Of a stretch of DNA of 64,000 nucleotides, positions 50,501-59,342 are shown piece after piece. The stretch comes from Nemertoderma westbladi. Taxonomy: Eukaryota; Animalia; Xenacoelomorpha. Each line of letters starts with the position of its first letter. Positions within the stretch are counted from its first letter, which is position 1. Made by a program: the position numbers and the translations under genes. The stretch is taken from the NCBI GenBank assembly GCA_032718475.1, contig JAUCBJ010007488.1:62001-126000 (forward strand), in the 5' to 3' direction. The notes below the pieces were generated by a model, which saw only the letters and a program-made list of their open reading frames with translations, was not told the DNA's origin and ran no database searches.

Positions 50501-52189
50501 GAAGGAGTCTCGGTTGTCATTCGCAGTGGTTCGCACCACGGAGCAGGCGTTGGAAGGGCTTGATATGATTCCAAAAGCCTGGATGGTCATCCAATACTCT
50601 ACCGGTTTCTGATTGAGGTCTCCTTCAGGCCACCACAGAAATCTCAGGCTGTCTCTATCTCTATCCAGCGCCTTGACTTGTAAGAACATTCCCTCTATAT
50701 CTGAGGCGAACGCGATGGAATATTGTCTTAATCTTAAAAGTATTCCCAACAAAGATTGGAGTAAGTTGGGTCCTGGTAACAACTCGGAATTGAGGGATTG
50801 GCCCATATATAGGGCGGAGCCATCGAATACGACTCGTACTTCGTGGGGTTTACCGGGTTTGGGAACGTAATGATGTGTTAAGTAATACGTTCTCTCAGTC
50901 ACTGGTGTTCCTTCCGGTACTTGCTCCACGTATCCCTTTGTTATAAATTTCCTCAGCTGTGTTTGGTACATTTCTTTCACGGAAGCATTAGCTGTAAGGC
51001 GTCGATGTAATTGAGCGATTCTTTTCTCTGCCAAGGGTCTGTTATTTATAAATCTAGGTTCTCGTTTTCGAAATGGTAGGCCGATTTCATATCTACCTTG
51101 GTCTTTTAGAAAACGTGTAGTTATTTCCTGGATTTGCTTGGCTCTTTCTTCTTCTATCGATAGAGCCTTATCATATAAATTGGGCTCTACCAGTTCCTGA
51201 GTAAAGAATCGTACGGCTAGCTCGTCCCGAGTTCTAGCGTTGTAGCGCTCTATCTCATCGTTTAGTTCGTCATTGTAAGCGATGGGTTCCGATGGGCGAA
51301 TCAGTTGACATAGGTTCACCTGATTTTTCCAAGTTTGGTTTTCTGTAAGTAGGTCGATTGTGTTCTCTTCATCGAAGAGTTGGTAGATGTCGTCATTATC
51401 TGAGGAGTATGGTGTTCCCTCAGTTAGTTCGTCCACCTCACTGCTCTCCACTTCCCAATCATTTACTTGGTGTATTTGTTCTTGTGGCATTCTCTCTTCG
51501 AGAGTCCTGCGGGAAGGGCCAGTAAAGTACCAACCTACTCTAGTTCTTACTGCATAGGTTTGCAGTGGCTGTGGTTGAGCAGGCCGTTTCTCCAATGTTT
51601 CGAGCGCCTCATGCGCGTTTTGGCCGATGAGTATTTGCACTCCAGGATAATCTGTCTGGAATCGAGGTATCTTAAGATGTTGGATGCTCTCATCCTCGTC
51701 CCAATTATAAAGGTCTGCTTGAGTAGTGGCGAAGTTCTTTATAGCCGCCATTTTTACCGACCTTATACCTTGTGCTCCTAACTTATCCTGGGGGGTGGAC
51801 AACACACCTACATAGTAATCTGCCGTTAAGGTAAATTTCCAAACCTGCATAATTCCTGACATATTCAATTTAGTCCGGAATTTGGGTTGTCCAGCAAAGA
51901 TATCTTCGGCTAATTCTTGATCGATGAATGTTCCTGTGCTGCCGGAGTCAAGGAGTGCGTTCACTATGTAACTTTTGTTAGGACCGTGAACTCTTACCTG
52001 CACTACAGGAAATTCTCTGATTCCTACGTTGGAAGTTGGAGCTTTCCAAGATGGTTGTTTGGCAAAAGTAGTTGGGGGAAACTCATTGTTGGTGTCCTTT
52101 TCATAAGTAAGTGCTCGATACACTGCGGTATTGATTAGATAACAGGATTCGTTGGCGTCGGAGAATTCGTCAGTATAGAATCCTTCCAT
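47579..52189 (-). CDS. BEL/Pao Pol: aspartic protease, RT, RNase H, integrase
   Basis: LLDSGS (PR); RVVFDGS, DIEGMFLQV, YMDD (RT); LHVFGDAS, PRAEL, YWTDA, NPADIASRG (RH); H..LYH...CIPC, GVDLFGP, SDKGTNF, GGSWERL (IN). 1536 aa uninterrupted. Confidence 0.97.
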   Translation of the reverse strand: MEGFYTDEFSDANESCYLINTAVYRALTYEKDTNNEFPPTTFAKQPSWKAPTSNVGIREFPVVQVRVHGPNKSYIVNALLDSGSTGTFIDQELAEDIFAGQPKFRTKLNMSGIMQVWKFTLTADYYVGVLSTPQDKLGAQGIRSVKMAAIKNFATTQADLYNWDEDESIQHLKIPRFQTDYPGVQILIGQNAHEALETLEKRPAQPQPLQTYAVRTRVGWYFTGPSRRTLEERMPQEQIHQVNDWEVESSEVDELTEGTPYSSDNDDIYQLFDEENTIDLLTENQTWKNQVNLCQLIRPSEPIAYNDELNDEIERYNARTRDELAVRFFTQELVEPNLYDKALSIEEERAKQIQEITTRFLKDQGRYEIGLPFRKREPRFINNRPLAEKRIAQLHRRLTANASVKEMYQTQLRKFITKGYVEQVPEGTPVTERTYYLTHHYVPKPGKPHEVRVVFDGSALYMGQSLNSELLPGPNLLQSLLGILLRLRQYSIAFASDIEGMFLQVKALDRDRDSLRFLWWPEGDLNQKPVEYWMTIQAFGIISSPSNACSVVRTTANDNRDSFSKEVIDNIKRNIYMDDNLRSLPSVEEAISVAKGTVECLKRGGFRLTKFTSNSREFLEAIPVEDRGTKDLDLIKDDLPETKTLGLKWDTERDILFFQLKQRDNPVRTKRICLSILSTYFDPLGFISPVILIARSLVQQMWLENHSWDDPLKGELLKKWMKWEDSLPAIENFIISRAYFGHVLPTYSYQLHVFGDASDMGIGIVAYLRVETPDGIKVALVTSKALINNKLKVPRAELKAALYATAIGRNVTEQIDYPLEKTVYWTDALLVLEYLTNEVCQFSVFVTNRVAIILSRTKIDQWRHCPGTINPADIASRGATPQELIDTPDWLGGPDFLSKEEDEWPPHLTTAEIRQAKGAETVKPKTRASKSKLFKPTIDLSVLHTSGNDASDPQSLSTNKSVVEIRDRDWKSGIPDVSQGISPMLQRAMHHYSSWNRLCKAVTYLRRCFHHHYSRTKTTSDNAPLTSAQVHVIKNLPKYKTSDRFLKEKISHQEHEETNKQILRLLQCYEDSEKYFLLLRNPQMRLRDRFSSTMIDGLIRVGGRLTNAPLSFDTKFPILIRNLEVQIKMIVDVHSKLYHAGRERILSEIRTRYYFDKPRRALNQVLRNCIPCRKAFSRPLTQREAELPRERVSFYEPPFTNTGVDLFGPIEVYRARTIVKRWCVIFVCMTCRAIHLDMVNDLSTNSFVLSLRRQIARFGTSNTMRSDKGTNFIGANNEIQAYVKDWNQRQVDDQLRITASSWTFNAADAPWWGGSWERLIRSVKTAFHFIVPCRAYLTDKLLRTLMEEIAAYLNERPLMPVSSSPDSLEALTPAHFLLKKPVAMLPRSEIADGDEYCRRTWQLMQLLSRRFADHFEKHYLPTLQFRTKWFAQQENVSAGDMVLIVDPDLPRKRWQTGRIIETHLSDDGLVRSVELVVMRRNFKKPGIIFETQQLNRPVGRLCLLERDRELSGNYGRQDTLPTTTSLIPQTSRDSLT

Positions 52190-52270
52190 CTCAGATTCTT
52201 GATCAGTGTCGTTTACATCACTGAATTGGACATGTAGTTCGGGCTCACTTACCTGACTCAGTTTGTCTCG

Positions 52271-52489
52271 TTAGAACTCACTGTGTAACAAGATGTGATG
52301 TTTCGCGCCACACTTTGCACACTTTATGTCGGAGTAACAGGTTCGCCGTTGGTGTCCTGGTCTGAGACAATTATAGCATAACCGCTTGTCCCACACGACT
52401 GCACGTCTGTCTACAAGGGATTTCTTTAGAAATTCAGCACACGCACTCAAATGGTGGGTCCCGTCGCACAGCGCACAGTTAGGTTTTAT
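52271..52489 (-). pseudogene. BEL gag C-terminal triple zinc knuckle, separated from the rest of gag by the nested element
   Basis: Reads CALCDGTHHLSAC...LCYNCLRPGHQRRTC...CAKCGAKHHILLH-SEF-TAA. It is in frame with gag across the TTTAT TSD and with pol beyond the TAA. Confidence 0.9.
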
Positions 52490-53028
52490 TGTGACGGGAT
52501 CCAGGAGGGATCCCGATTTATCCGATGTGGTATTTAGTCCACGCGTCCCCGCCGTGTATAAGAGTGAAATAAAGATAACTGAGTTCTGAAGTTCGGTGTA
52601 TAATAATAGGTTACAGGATATAGATATATTGTGAATTATACGGTAGGCGGGATACGGTAACTAAAGTCCCGTGATCCCCTAACTAAACTAATTGGCTTTA
52701 CCCTACGCTAGCACTGCTGCACTGAGATAACTGAATCACTGATTAATAGGTTATTGGTTATATTGCACGGTGGCCTTACTGCTACTCAATCGATGCTATT
52801 CCCCCCCTCTGATTGGTTAATACCCTTGTTGGCGCCCCGTGGAGTATTCCCGTTCACTCCACCTGTTCTCTCTGGGTTAGGGGTTTGGCCCCTGACCCTC
52901 TATTGTGTGCTTCCTTCCCACTCTTATTGGGATGGCACGAGTTGGTTAATTGCCCAATCTCGTGGCTCCCAATATTGCTTATCGGCTTACAACTTTATGG
53001 GGTGTTGGCGGGATTGAATAAGCTAACA
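52490..53028 (-). repeat. 3' LTR of the nested element
   Basis: Matches 58804-59342 except g52711 versus a59025. Preceded on the minus strand by the G-run PPT (...GGGGAG). Confidence 0.97.
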
Positions 53029-53718
53029 CTCCCCCCCATGCTATCTTCCCGGTAAGAAGATAGCATCAACCAAAAAGTGCGCTACAATCCCGCTGGATCC
53101 CGATCTAGTATCGGGTGTGGGGTGGAATTCTTTTCTCTTGGAGCCGGCTTTCCAGGCCGCCCCCTATGGGTATGATAACGCTACCCTGTGTGCCTGGCGT
53201 CTCATGTCGGGCCGATCGCGCTCGTCTCTCACACGATTTTTGTTTCCCCAACACTTTCGCCCTTGACTCTCCTTTCACTCTACTCTCGGACTTCTCTGTT
53301 CCTTACTCAGCCTCTTACTCCTTCCCCCCCACGCTTGAATTGCGCTCACACTATCTCCACACTATCTCCATACCACCTCTCGCTATCTCTCTTGCCACTC
53401 CCTAAGGCTTTAATCTCTAATGCTACCCCTGTGCTATCATACTGTCTACCTACTGCTTACTAACTCTAACTATCTAACTAACTCTGCTAACTACTAACTC
53501 TTACTACTTCTAGCTCTAACTGAGAGCCTCTAACTTTCTACTGACTCTAACTCTCTACTAAGTCTAACTAACTCCTACTAACTTTCTACTTCTACCAACT
53601 CTACTTGACTCCTCTGAGTCTACCAACTCTGCTTAACTAGCTCTACTAACTCTACTCCACTAGCTCTGCTAACTCTACTCCACTAGCTCTGCTAACTCTA
53701 CTCCACTCTTCTAACTAC

Positions 53719-54837
53719 GTGGCGCTTGCGGTGCCCACAACCACTCTACTATCTGGCACCCTATGTGCCCTTCTACTACTCAACTACCTCTCTAGCTCTA
53801 CTACCTGGCACCCTATGTGCCCCCTCTGCTCTACTCTACTACCTGGCACCCTGTGTGCCCTCTCTACTACACTACTACCTCTCTAACTTACTACCTGGCA
53901 CCCTATGTGCCCGTCTCTACTCTTCTACTCTCTGGCACCCTATGTGCCCGTCTCTACTCCTCTACATCCCCTTTACGTCTTATCGCCTACACGTGACGCT
54001 CTGAGTGCCGGCAGAGTGGGTACGTTAATTATGTGAACTACTACTGACTCTACTAACTCTACTAACTCTCTTCTAACTCTACTAACTCTTTTTTGTGCCC
54101 GCCACCTCTTGTGCCCGGCACCTTCTAACTCTACTAACTGGCACCCTATGTGCCCTCTCTACTACTCTACACTATCTCTAACTCTCTAACTCTACTACCT
54201 GGCACCCTATGTGCCTTCTCTACTACTCAACTCTATCTCTAATTCTCTAACTCTACTGCCTGGCACCCTATGTGCCCGTCTACTACTCTACTCTTTTTGT
54301 GCCCGGCACCTCTTGTGCCCGGCACCCACCCTAATTAACATACCTCGCTCTTACATCAAACACATCATCACGCCCGTGCCCCACTAAGTTCAGCGCATTC
54401 CCTACTAACTCTAACTACGTGGCGCTTACGGTGCCCACAACCCTCTACTGCTACTACTAACACCCCTAACTAGCGGTACTACGTACCCTCTTACTACTCT
54501 AGCTCTCTCTACTAGCTAGCGGTACAACGTACCCTCTTACTACTCTAGCTCTCTCTACTAGCTAGCGGTACAACGTACCCTCTTACTACTCCTACTCTCT
54601 AGCCGGTACTTACGTACCCTCTAACTCTTACTCTCTAACCGGTACTTACGTACCCCCTAACTCTAACTAACTAGCGGTACTTACGTACCTACTAACTCTT
54701 ACTAACTCTCTAACGGTACTACGTACCCCTTAACTCCTACTCTCTAACGGTAGAGAGACTCTCTAACTCTTACTCTAACACTAACTATCAGTGCTAACTG
54801 ACTAACTAACTAACTCTGACCCTAGGTACTATGTACC
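53719..54837 (-). other. Array of 16 short hairpins in low-complexity spacers (3' UTR of nested element)
   Basis: 8 copies of ggcac-cct(a/g)t-gtgcc followed by 8 copies of ggtac-(3-4 nt)-gtacc. Spacers are nearly G-free on the plus strand. Confidence 0.8.
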
Positions 54838-54898
54838 TCCTAAATAACTCCTAACTACCTAACTTCTACCTACTTTATTATTTAATTATTTTATTTAA

Positions 54899-57415
54899 TT
54901 AAATAATTATTTTATATTTCGTGCGTGGGAAGGGCGTCTCGCCCTCATTCCCACCCCCCTCAGTCCAAAACTTTGGACGACTAAAAACTCTCACGTGCCC
55001 CTTCTTCCGGTAGGCACTCTCCTGCTGCCCTCCTATACGTCCTCTAACTCTTCGCCACACTCTCTTTGGTGCTACCTTTGCTGGCCTCCCCCTTCGTATG
55101 TGCGCTGGCATTAGAGCCCTCGACGACCCCCGCTCGTCCCTCGGTATACGCGGTGTCTGCCCATGTAATGCCCCCCCGCACTGTGTCAGCCCTGCGTGTG
55201 TATGCAACACGCCTCCTTCTACTTTCCCGACTCCTTTGCTCATGGACTTCTCTAACCCTGGTTTAGTCCTTTCACATCCTTTCCCTTTCCAACACTCTCC
55301 GGATCTGTGTCCTTTTACCACACATCGATGACATAGTCCGTTTGCGTCTGTGTAGGCTACACGATCTCGTTTGGGCAACGCTTGCCAGTACTTGCAACTC
55401 CTGGTCTTATGGGTTCCGTCCCGATGTAATTGACATTGGAATCCTGGGTTATAGCGTTTCCTGTATAGTCCTTCATGTATCGCGCTTAGGTTTATATGTA
55501 CCGATTTAATGTTTTGGTTGTCTAGACTCGGCCTACTGGGTATATTGGGATTGTTTTTATTTACGGTATTATTTTCCTTCTGTCCCTGCCACGGTGTGGC
55601 CCTACTACCAGCTAACTGTGGACTGGTAGTCCCCTGTATGGCCGCGTGTGGTGGTGACTGTCCGCACGACCTGCTCTCGTCCAGGGAGTTCGATATTCTT
55701 GCTCCTATCGGGATATATTGTCGATATTGTGATGGGGGAATGTCACCCTGTCCCCCCCCAGCCGGTATGTTTGGTACTGGGGTTGATGTTAATACATTGG
55801 GGCCCATACGTCTATCTCCAATAACTCCCCCCTCCCCTGGATATATGTTATGTCCCTGTGTATTATAGTCATGCTGCTGTACCGATATAGGCCTACCTAC
55901 CTCTCGCCTACCTACCGGTATGTACTCCGCGACTTCCGGGTTTAATCCCGTCGTTCGCGCTACCCCATCGCCTACTCTATCTCTCCCAGCATGGCCTATA
56001 ATAGTATGTGCAGTAAGGCCTACAGTATGTCCTGCAGTCTGCATGTGCCCTTCCGAACCGAAGTTTATTCTTCGCGAATCTCTAATCTCCCCGCGATTAC
56101 TGCACTCTCGATCGGCAGCTATATCCCGTCGGGAAGCTTCTCTCCGATCCCCTCTCCTGTTCTCGACTCTGTATTGGTACGTCTTGTACCCCTCTCTTGG
56201 CGTGCGGTGCGTTTCTCCGGGGCGACGGCAATCTCCCGAAGTTCGACCCCACTGGCTCCCTGACTCCATCTCTACTATCGACGGTTCGTTATCCGTCTTC
56301 GCACTCCTATCATTCGTGGCGACACCTTTTCTACTATCTCCTCTTCGTCTCTTTTCAGTGCAGTATTCCGGCTCGTGAGATCTCTCGTCGACCTCCCGGT
56401 TAAACTCCACTGTTCTTCTTCTCTCTTCTGGTCGGGCTCGACGCTTCGCCTGCCCTCTCGCGACGTCAACCTGCCTCTCTCTGCTCGATCGCACGCCGCT
56501 GGGGATACTCGCAATCCCCCTATTACTCTCCGTCGCCGGGTGTTGCGGTTTACCTGATTCGGCCCGCGCATTATCCGCTGACGTCTGCGGGACACTCTCT
56601 GCCCCCCCTCTCTCTCTACTAACTTCTCGCGGTGGGGTGCCCGTAGCCCCCCCCCACCCGCCACTTCTAACTTCACTACCTCTTACTACACTTCTACACC
56701 CCTCTTGTGGGGCATTCTCTGCCCCCCCTCTCTCGCCACTAATCTTATGTGGTGGGGCGCCGGTAGCCCCCCCCCACTCGCCACATCTAACTTCAATATC
56801 TCTTACTTCGTCTCTATACCCCTCTCTAGTCGACGCGCTGTCTCTACTACGGCTGGGTCTGTTCACCCCCGCCTCTCTCTCTACTACTGCGTGGCCCACC
56901 AGGCCTACTTCGGGTTGGCTCAACCCCGCTACCTCCTGTCTACTAACTGCGTGGCCTACCAGGCCGCCGCCGGGTTGGCTCAACCCTGCCACCTCCTGCC
57001 TACTAACTACGTGGCCTACCAGGCCACCGTCTGCTGAGTTATGTACGTCCGACACGCTCACATTAATAGCACCATTCCCAATATTATTTGTTAAATCAAT
57101 TAAATTATTAGAATTTGAAACAGGATTATTATTTAAATTATTTAAATTACTTAGATCACTACTATTCTCTAGACTTAAATTATTATCCGAATTATTTTGC
57201 GGGTTTGAATTGAAATTATTATTTAGAATATTTGTATTTAAATTTAAATTACTACTACCCGGTAAAATATTATTTCCTGTAATAAAGGGATTAGGGTTAT
57301 TTACTACGGTACTATTAATATTAACTACTTCTGACGTACTACTACTACCCCCCCCCGCCCGTACGGCTACACCAGTTCTGGTTCTCTCGCCCGGTGTCTG
57401 TAAGTGGGGGCTCAC
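54899..57415 (-). CDS. Gag-derived protein, C-terminal part: Asn-rich and disordered, with BEL-type zinc knuckles
   Basis: CQLHRDGTHKTRSC-x21-CHRCVVKGHRSGEC-x5-C mirrors BEL knuckle spacing. It also has internal 20-aa and ~40-aa repeats. Confidence 0.7.
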   Translation of the reverse strand: MSPHLQTPGERTRTGVAVRAGGGSSSTSEVVNINSTVVNNPNPFITGNNILPGSSNLNLNTNILNNNFNSNPQNNSDNNLSLENSSDLSNLNNLNNNPVSNSNNLIDLTNNIGNGAINVSVSDVHNSADGGLVGHVVSRQEVAGLSQPGGGLVGHAVSRQEVAGLSQPEVGLVGHAVVEREAGVNRPSRSRDSASTREGYRDEVRDIEVRCGEWGGATGAPPHKISGERGGAENAPQEGCRSVVRGSEVRSGGWGGATGTPPREVSRERGGAESVPQTSADNARAESGKPQHPATESNRGIASIPSGVRSSRERQVDVARGQAKRRARPEERRRTVEFNREVDERSHEPEYCTEKRRRGDSRKGVATNDRSAKTDNEPSIVEMESGSQWGRTSGDCRRPGETHRTPREGYKTYQYRVENRRGDRREASRRDIAADRECSNRGEIRDSRRINFGSEGHMQTAGHTVGLTAHTIIGHAGRDRVGDGVARTTGLNPEVAEYIPVGRREVGRPISVQQHDYNTQGHNIYPGEGGVIGDRRMGPNVLTSTPVPNIPAGGGQGDIPPSQYRQYIPIGARISNSLDESRSCGQSPPHAAIQGTTSPQLAGSRATPWQGQKENNTVNKNNPNIPSRPSLDNQNIKSVHINLSAIHEGLYRKRYNPGFQCQLHRDGTHKTRSCKYWQALPKRDRVAYTDANGLCHRCVVKGHRSGECWKGKGCERTKPGLEKSMSKGVGKVEGGVLHTHAGLTQCGGALHGQTPRIPRDERGSSRALMPAHIRRGRPAKVAPKRVWRRVRGRIGGQQESAYRKKGHVRVFSRPKFWTEGGGNEGETPFPRTKYKIII

Positions 57416-58688
57416 TCTCTGATATCTCCAACCGCGCCAGTTCTAGTCGGCGCTGGCCTAGTTTGGCTTGATATTGCGCAAGCCTCCCTAGCCGGGCACG
57501 CAAATCATCCCGCTCACGCTTACCCTCTATCTTTCTCTTTCGCATATTCTGCTCGCCCGACTCAACTCTCGCAATTATCTCAGGCCACGTCGCCGGCTCG
57601 TCTCCTACTCTCATCTTCCGCTCTATACACTCCTCGACTCTCTTACACTCCTCGACTCTCTTTCTATACTCTCTTAACTCTAACTCTCTTAACACCTTTA
57701 AGACGGCGGTTTTATCCCTCAGTTGCCGCTCTAAGCTTTTCTGCTTTGCCGCCGCCCTTTCTAAATCATACGCCAGATTTATCTCCCGCACCCTTCTTTC
57801 TTTTGCGGAGGATGTAGCAGACTTATCGGTTGCGACGGACTCCCGCCCCCCCTCTGTCCTACTAACTCTCCCCCGCCTCCCGGAACTTCCTCCGACCGAC
57901 GAGACCGAATCCTCGGAGTTAACCTCGGATTCGCCCTCCTGCGGTCTCTTCCAACCCACTAATTTTACTCCCCGGGCATCGACTAAGTATGGCCCTATGT
58001 ACACTACACTAGGCTGCATACCCCTACATTCCCATAGTTCAACCAGTTCGTTGACAACTCCTCTCGCCCTCAACTCTGCTAGTTCTCTCTGTCCAGAACA
58101 CACTAGGTGATCAAAGTATCTGTTCGACTCACCTAGTCGCTTTCTCAGTCTCACCTCGTCTATCTTCGCCCCCTCCTTGGCCTCCTTTAGTAGTTCCCGG
58201 GTCGCGTTGTAGGCCCGTCGAAGTCGATCAGAAACCCCGACGTCCTCGTCGCCGACCTCTCCCCTGTCTCTTCGGGTCCGACGTCGTACCGGCGGCTCCA
58301 CCGTCGCCGTTCCGGTGGGCCGTCCGTCGCCCTCGGCCTGTAGCTGGCCGGCGACATCGGTACCAATCTCTCCTCCGTCTCTTCGCGTCCGGCGTCGCAC
58401 CGTCGGCCCCACCGGTTCGGTGGGCCGCTCGTCACCCTCGGCCGGTAGCTGGCCGGCGACATCGGCACGCCGTCCTCCGTCCCGTGTCGACTCATCTCCT
58501 TCTCCCTCCGTCTCGCTCTCTTTCTCTCTTGGCTCGACTTCGGGTTCCAGGCCCTCCTCGTTCTGTGCTTCCGGTTCGCCCGTTATCGATGGCTCCGGCG
58601 TCGTGGGCCTGTATCGTTTGGTCGCGGCCTCGCGGATCGTTAGGTCTTCGTCCGGGGTCCGTGGTGGTGTCTCGCCCGACTCACTCAT
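57345..58688 (-). CDS. Gag-derived protein, N-terminal part (acidic/Arg-rich disordered region plus coiled coil)
   Basis: 447 aa from an ATG ~115 nt after the 5' LTR. It overlaps the next ORF across a G9 run, and a 1-nt deletion there would fuse the two. Confidence 0.7.
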   Translation of the reverse strand: MSESGETPPRTPDEDLTIREAATKRYRPTTPEPSITGEPEAQNEEGLEPEVEPREKESETEGEGDESTRDGGRRADVAGQLPAEGDERPTEPVGPTVRRRTRRDGGEIGTDVAGQLQAEGDGRPTGTATVEPPVRRRTRRDRGEVGDEDVGVSDRLRRAYNATRELLKEAKEGAKIDEVRLRKRLGESNRYFDHLVCSGQRELAELRARGVVNELVELWECRGMQPSVVYIGPYLVDARGVKLVGWKRPQEGESEVNSEDSVSSVGGSSGRRGRVSRTEGGRESVATDKSATSSAKERRVREINLAYDLERAAAKQKSLERQLRDKTAVLKVLRELELREYRKRVEECKRVEECIERKMRVGDEPATWPEIIARVESGEQNMRKRKIEGKRERDDLRARLGRLAQYQAKLGQRRLELARLEISESEPPLTDTGRENQNWCSRTGGGG

Positions 58689-58803
58689 CTCGTCTGGTGG
58701 CTGATGGTTCGGCTAGCTAGGTTGCAGTTCTTAGAGTTTAACTAGGGCGGCAGCTCGGTTTAGTTACTGAGTTTAGCTGGGGAAGCAACACCGTTTTAGT
58801 TAC

Positions 58804-59342
58804 TGTGACGGGATCCAGGAGGGATCCCGATTTATCCGATGTGGTATTTAGTCCACGCGTCCCCGCCGTGTATAAGAGTGAAATAAAGATAACTGAGTTC
58901 TGAAGTTCGGTGTATAATAATAGGTTACAGGATATAGATATATTGTGAATTATACGGTAGGCGGGATACGGTAACTAAAGTCCCGTGATCCCCTAACTAA
59001 ACTAATTGGCTTTACCCTACGCTAACACTGCTGCACTGAGATAACTGAATCACTGATTAATAGGTTATTGGTTATATTGCACGGTGGCCTTACTGCTACT
59101 CAATCGATGCTATTCCCCCCCTCTGATTGGTTAATACCCTTGTTGGCGCCCCGTGGAGTATTCCCGTTCACTCCACCTGTTCTCTCTGGGTTAGGGGTTT
59201 GGCCCCTGACCCTCTATTGTGTGCTTCCTTCCCACTCTTATTGGGATGGCACGAGTTGGTTAATTGCCCAATCTCGTGGCTCCCAATATTGCTTATCGGC
59301 TTACAACTTTATGGGGTGTTGGCGGGATTGAATAAGCTAACA
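58804..59342 (-). repeat. 5' LTR of the nested element
   Basis: Direct repeat of 52490-53028. Confidence 0.97.

Larger units (their letters stand above)
52490..59342 (-). mobile_element. Young non-autonomous (pol-less) LTR retroelement nested in BEL gag
   Basis: 539-bp TG...CA LTRs with a single mismatch, 5-bp TSD TTTAT (52485-52489 and 59343-59347) and PPT at 53029-53037. No RT or integrase motifs inside. Confidence 0.95.

Noticed and set aside
53719-54837. CRISPR-like repeat-spacer appearance of the hairpin array
   Set aside because: Repeats are only 13-15 bp, spacers are low-complexity, mutually similar and variable in length, there are no cas genes, and the context is a eukaryotic retroelement.
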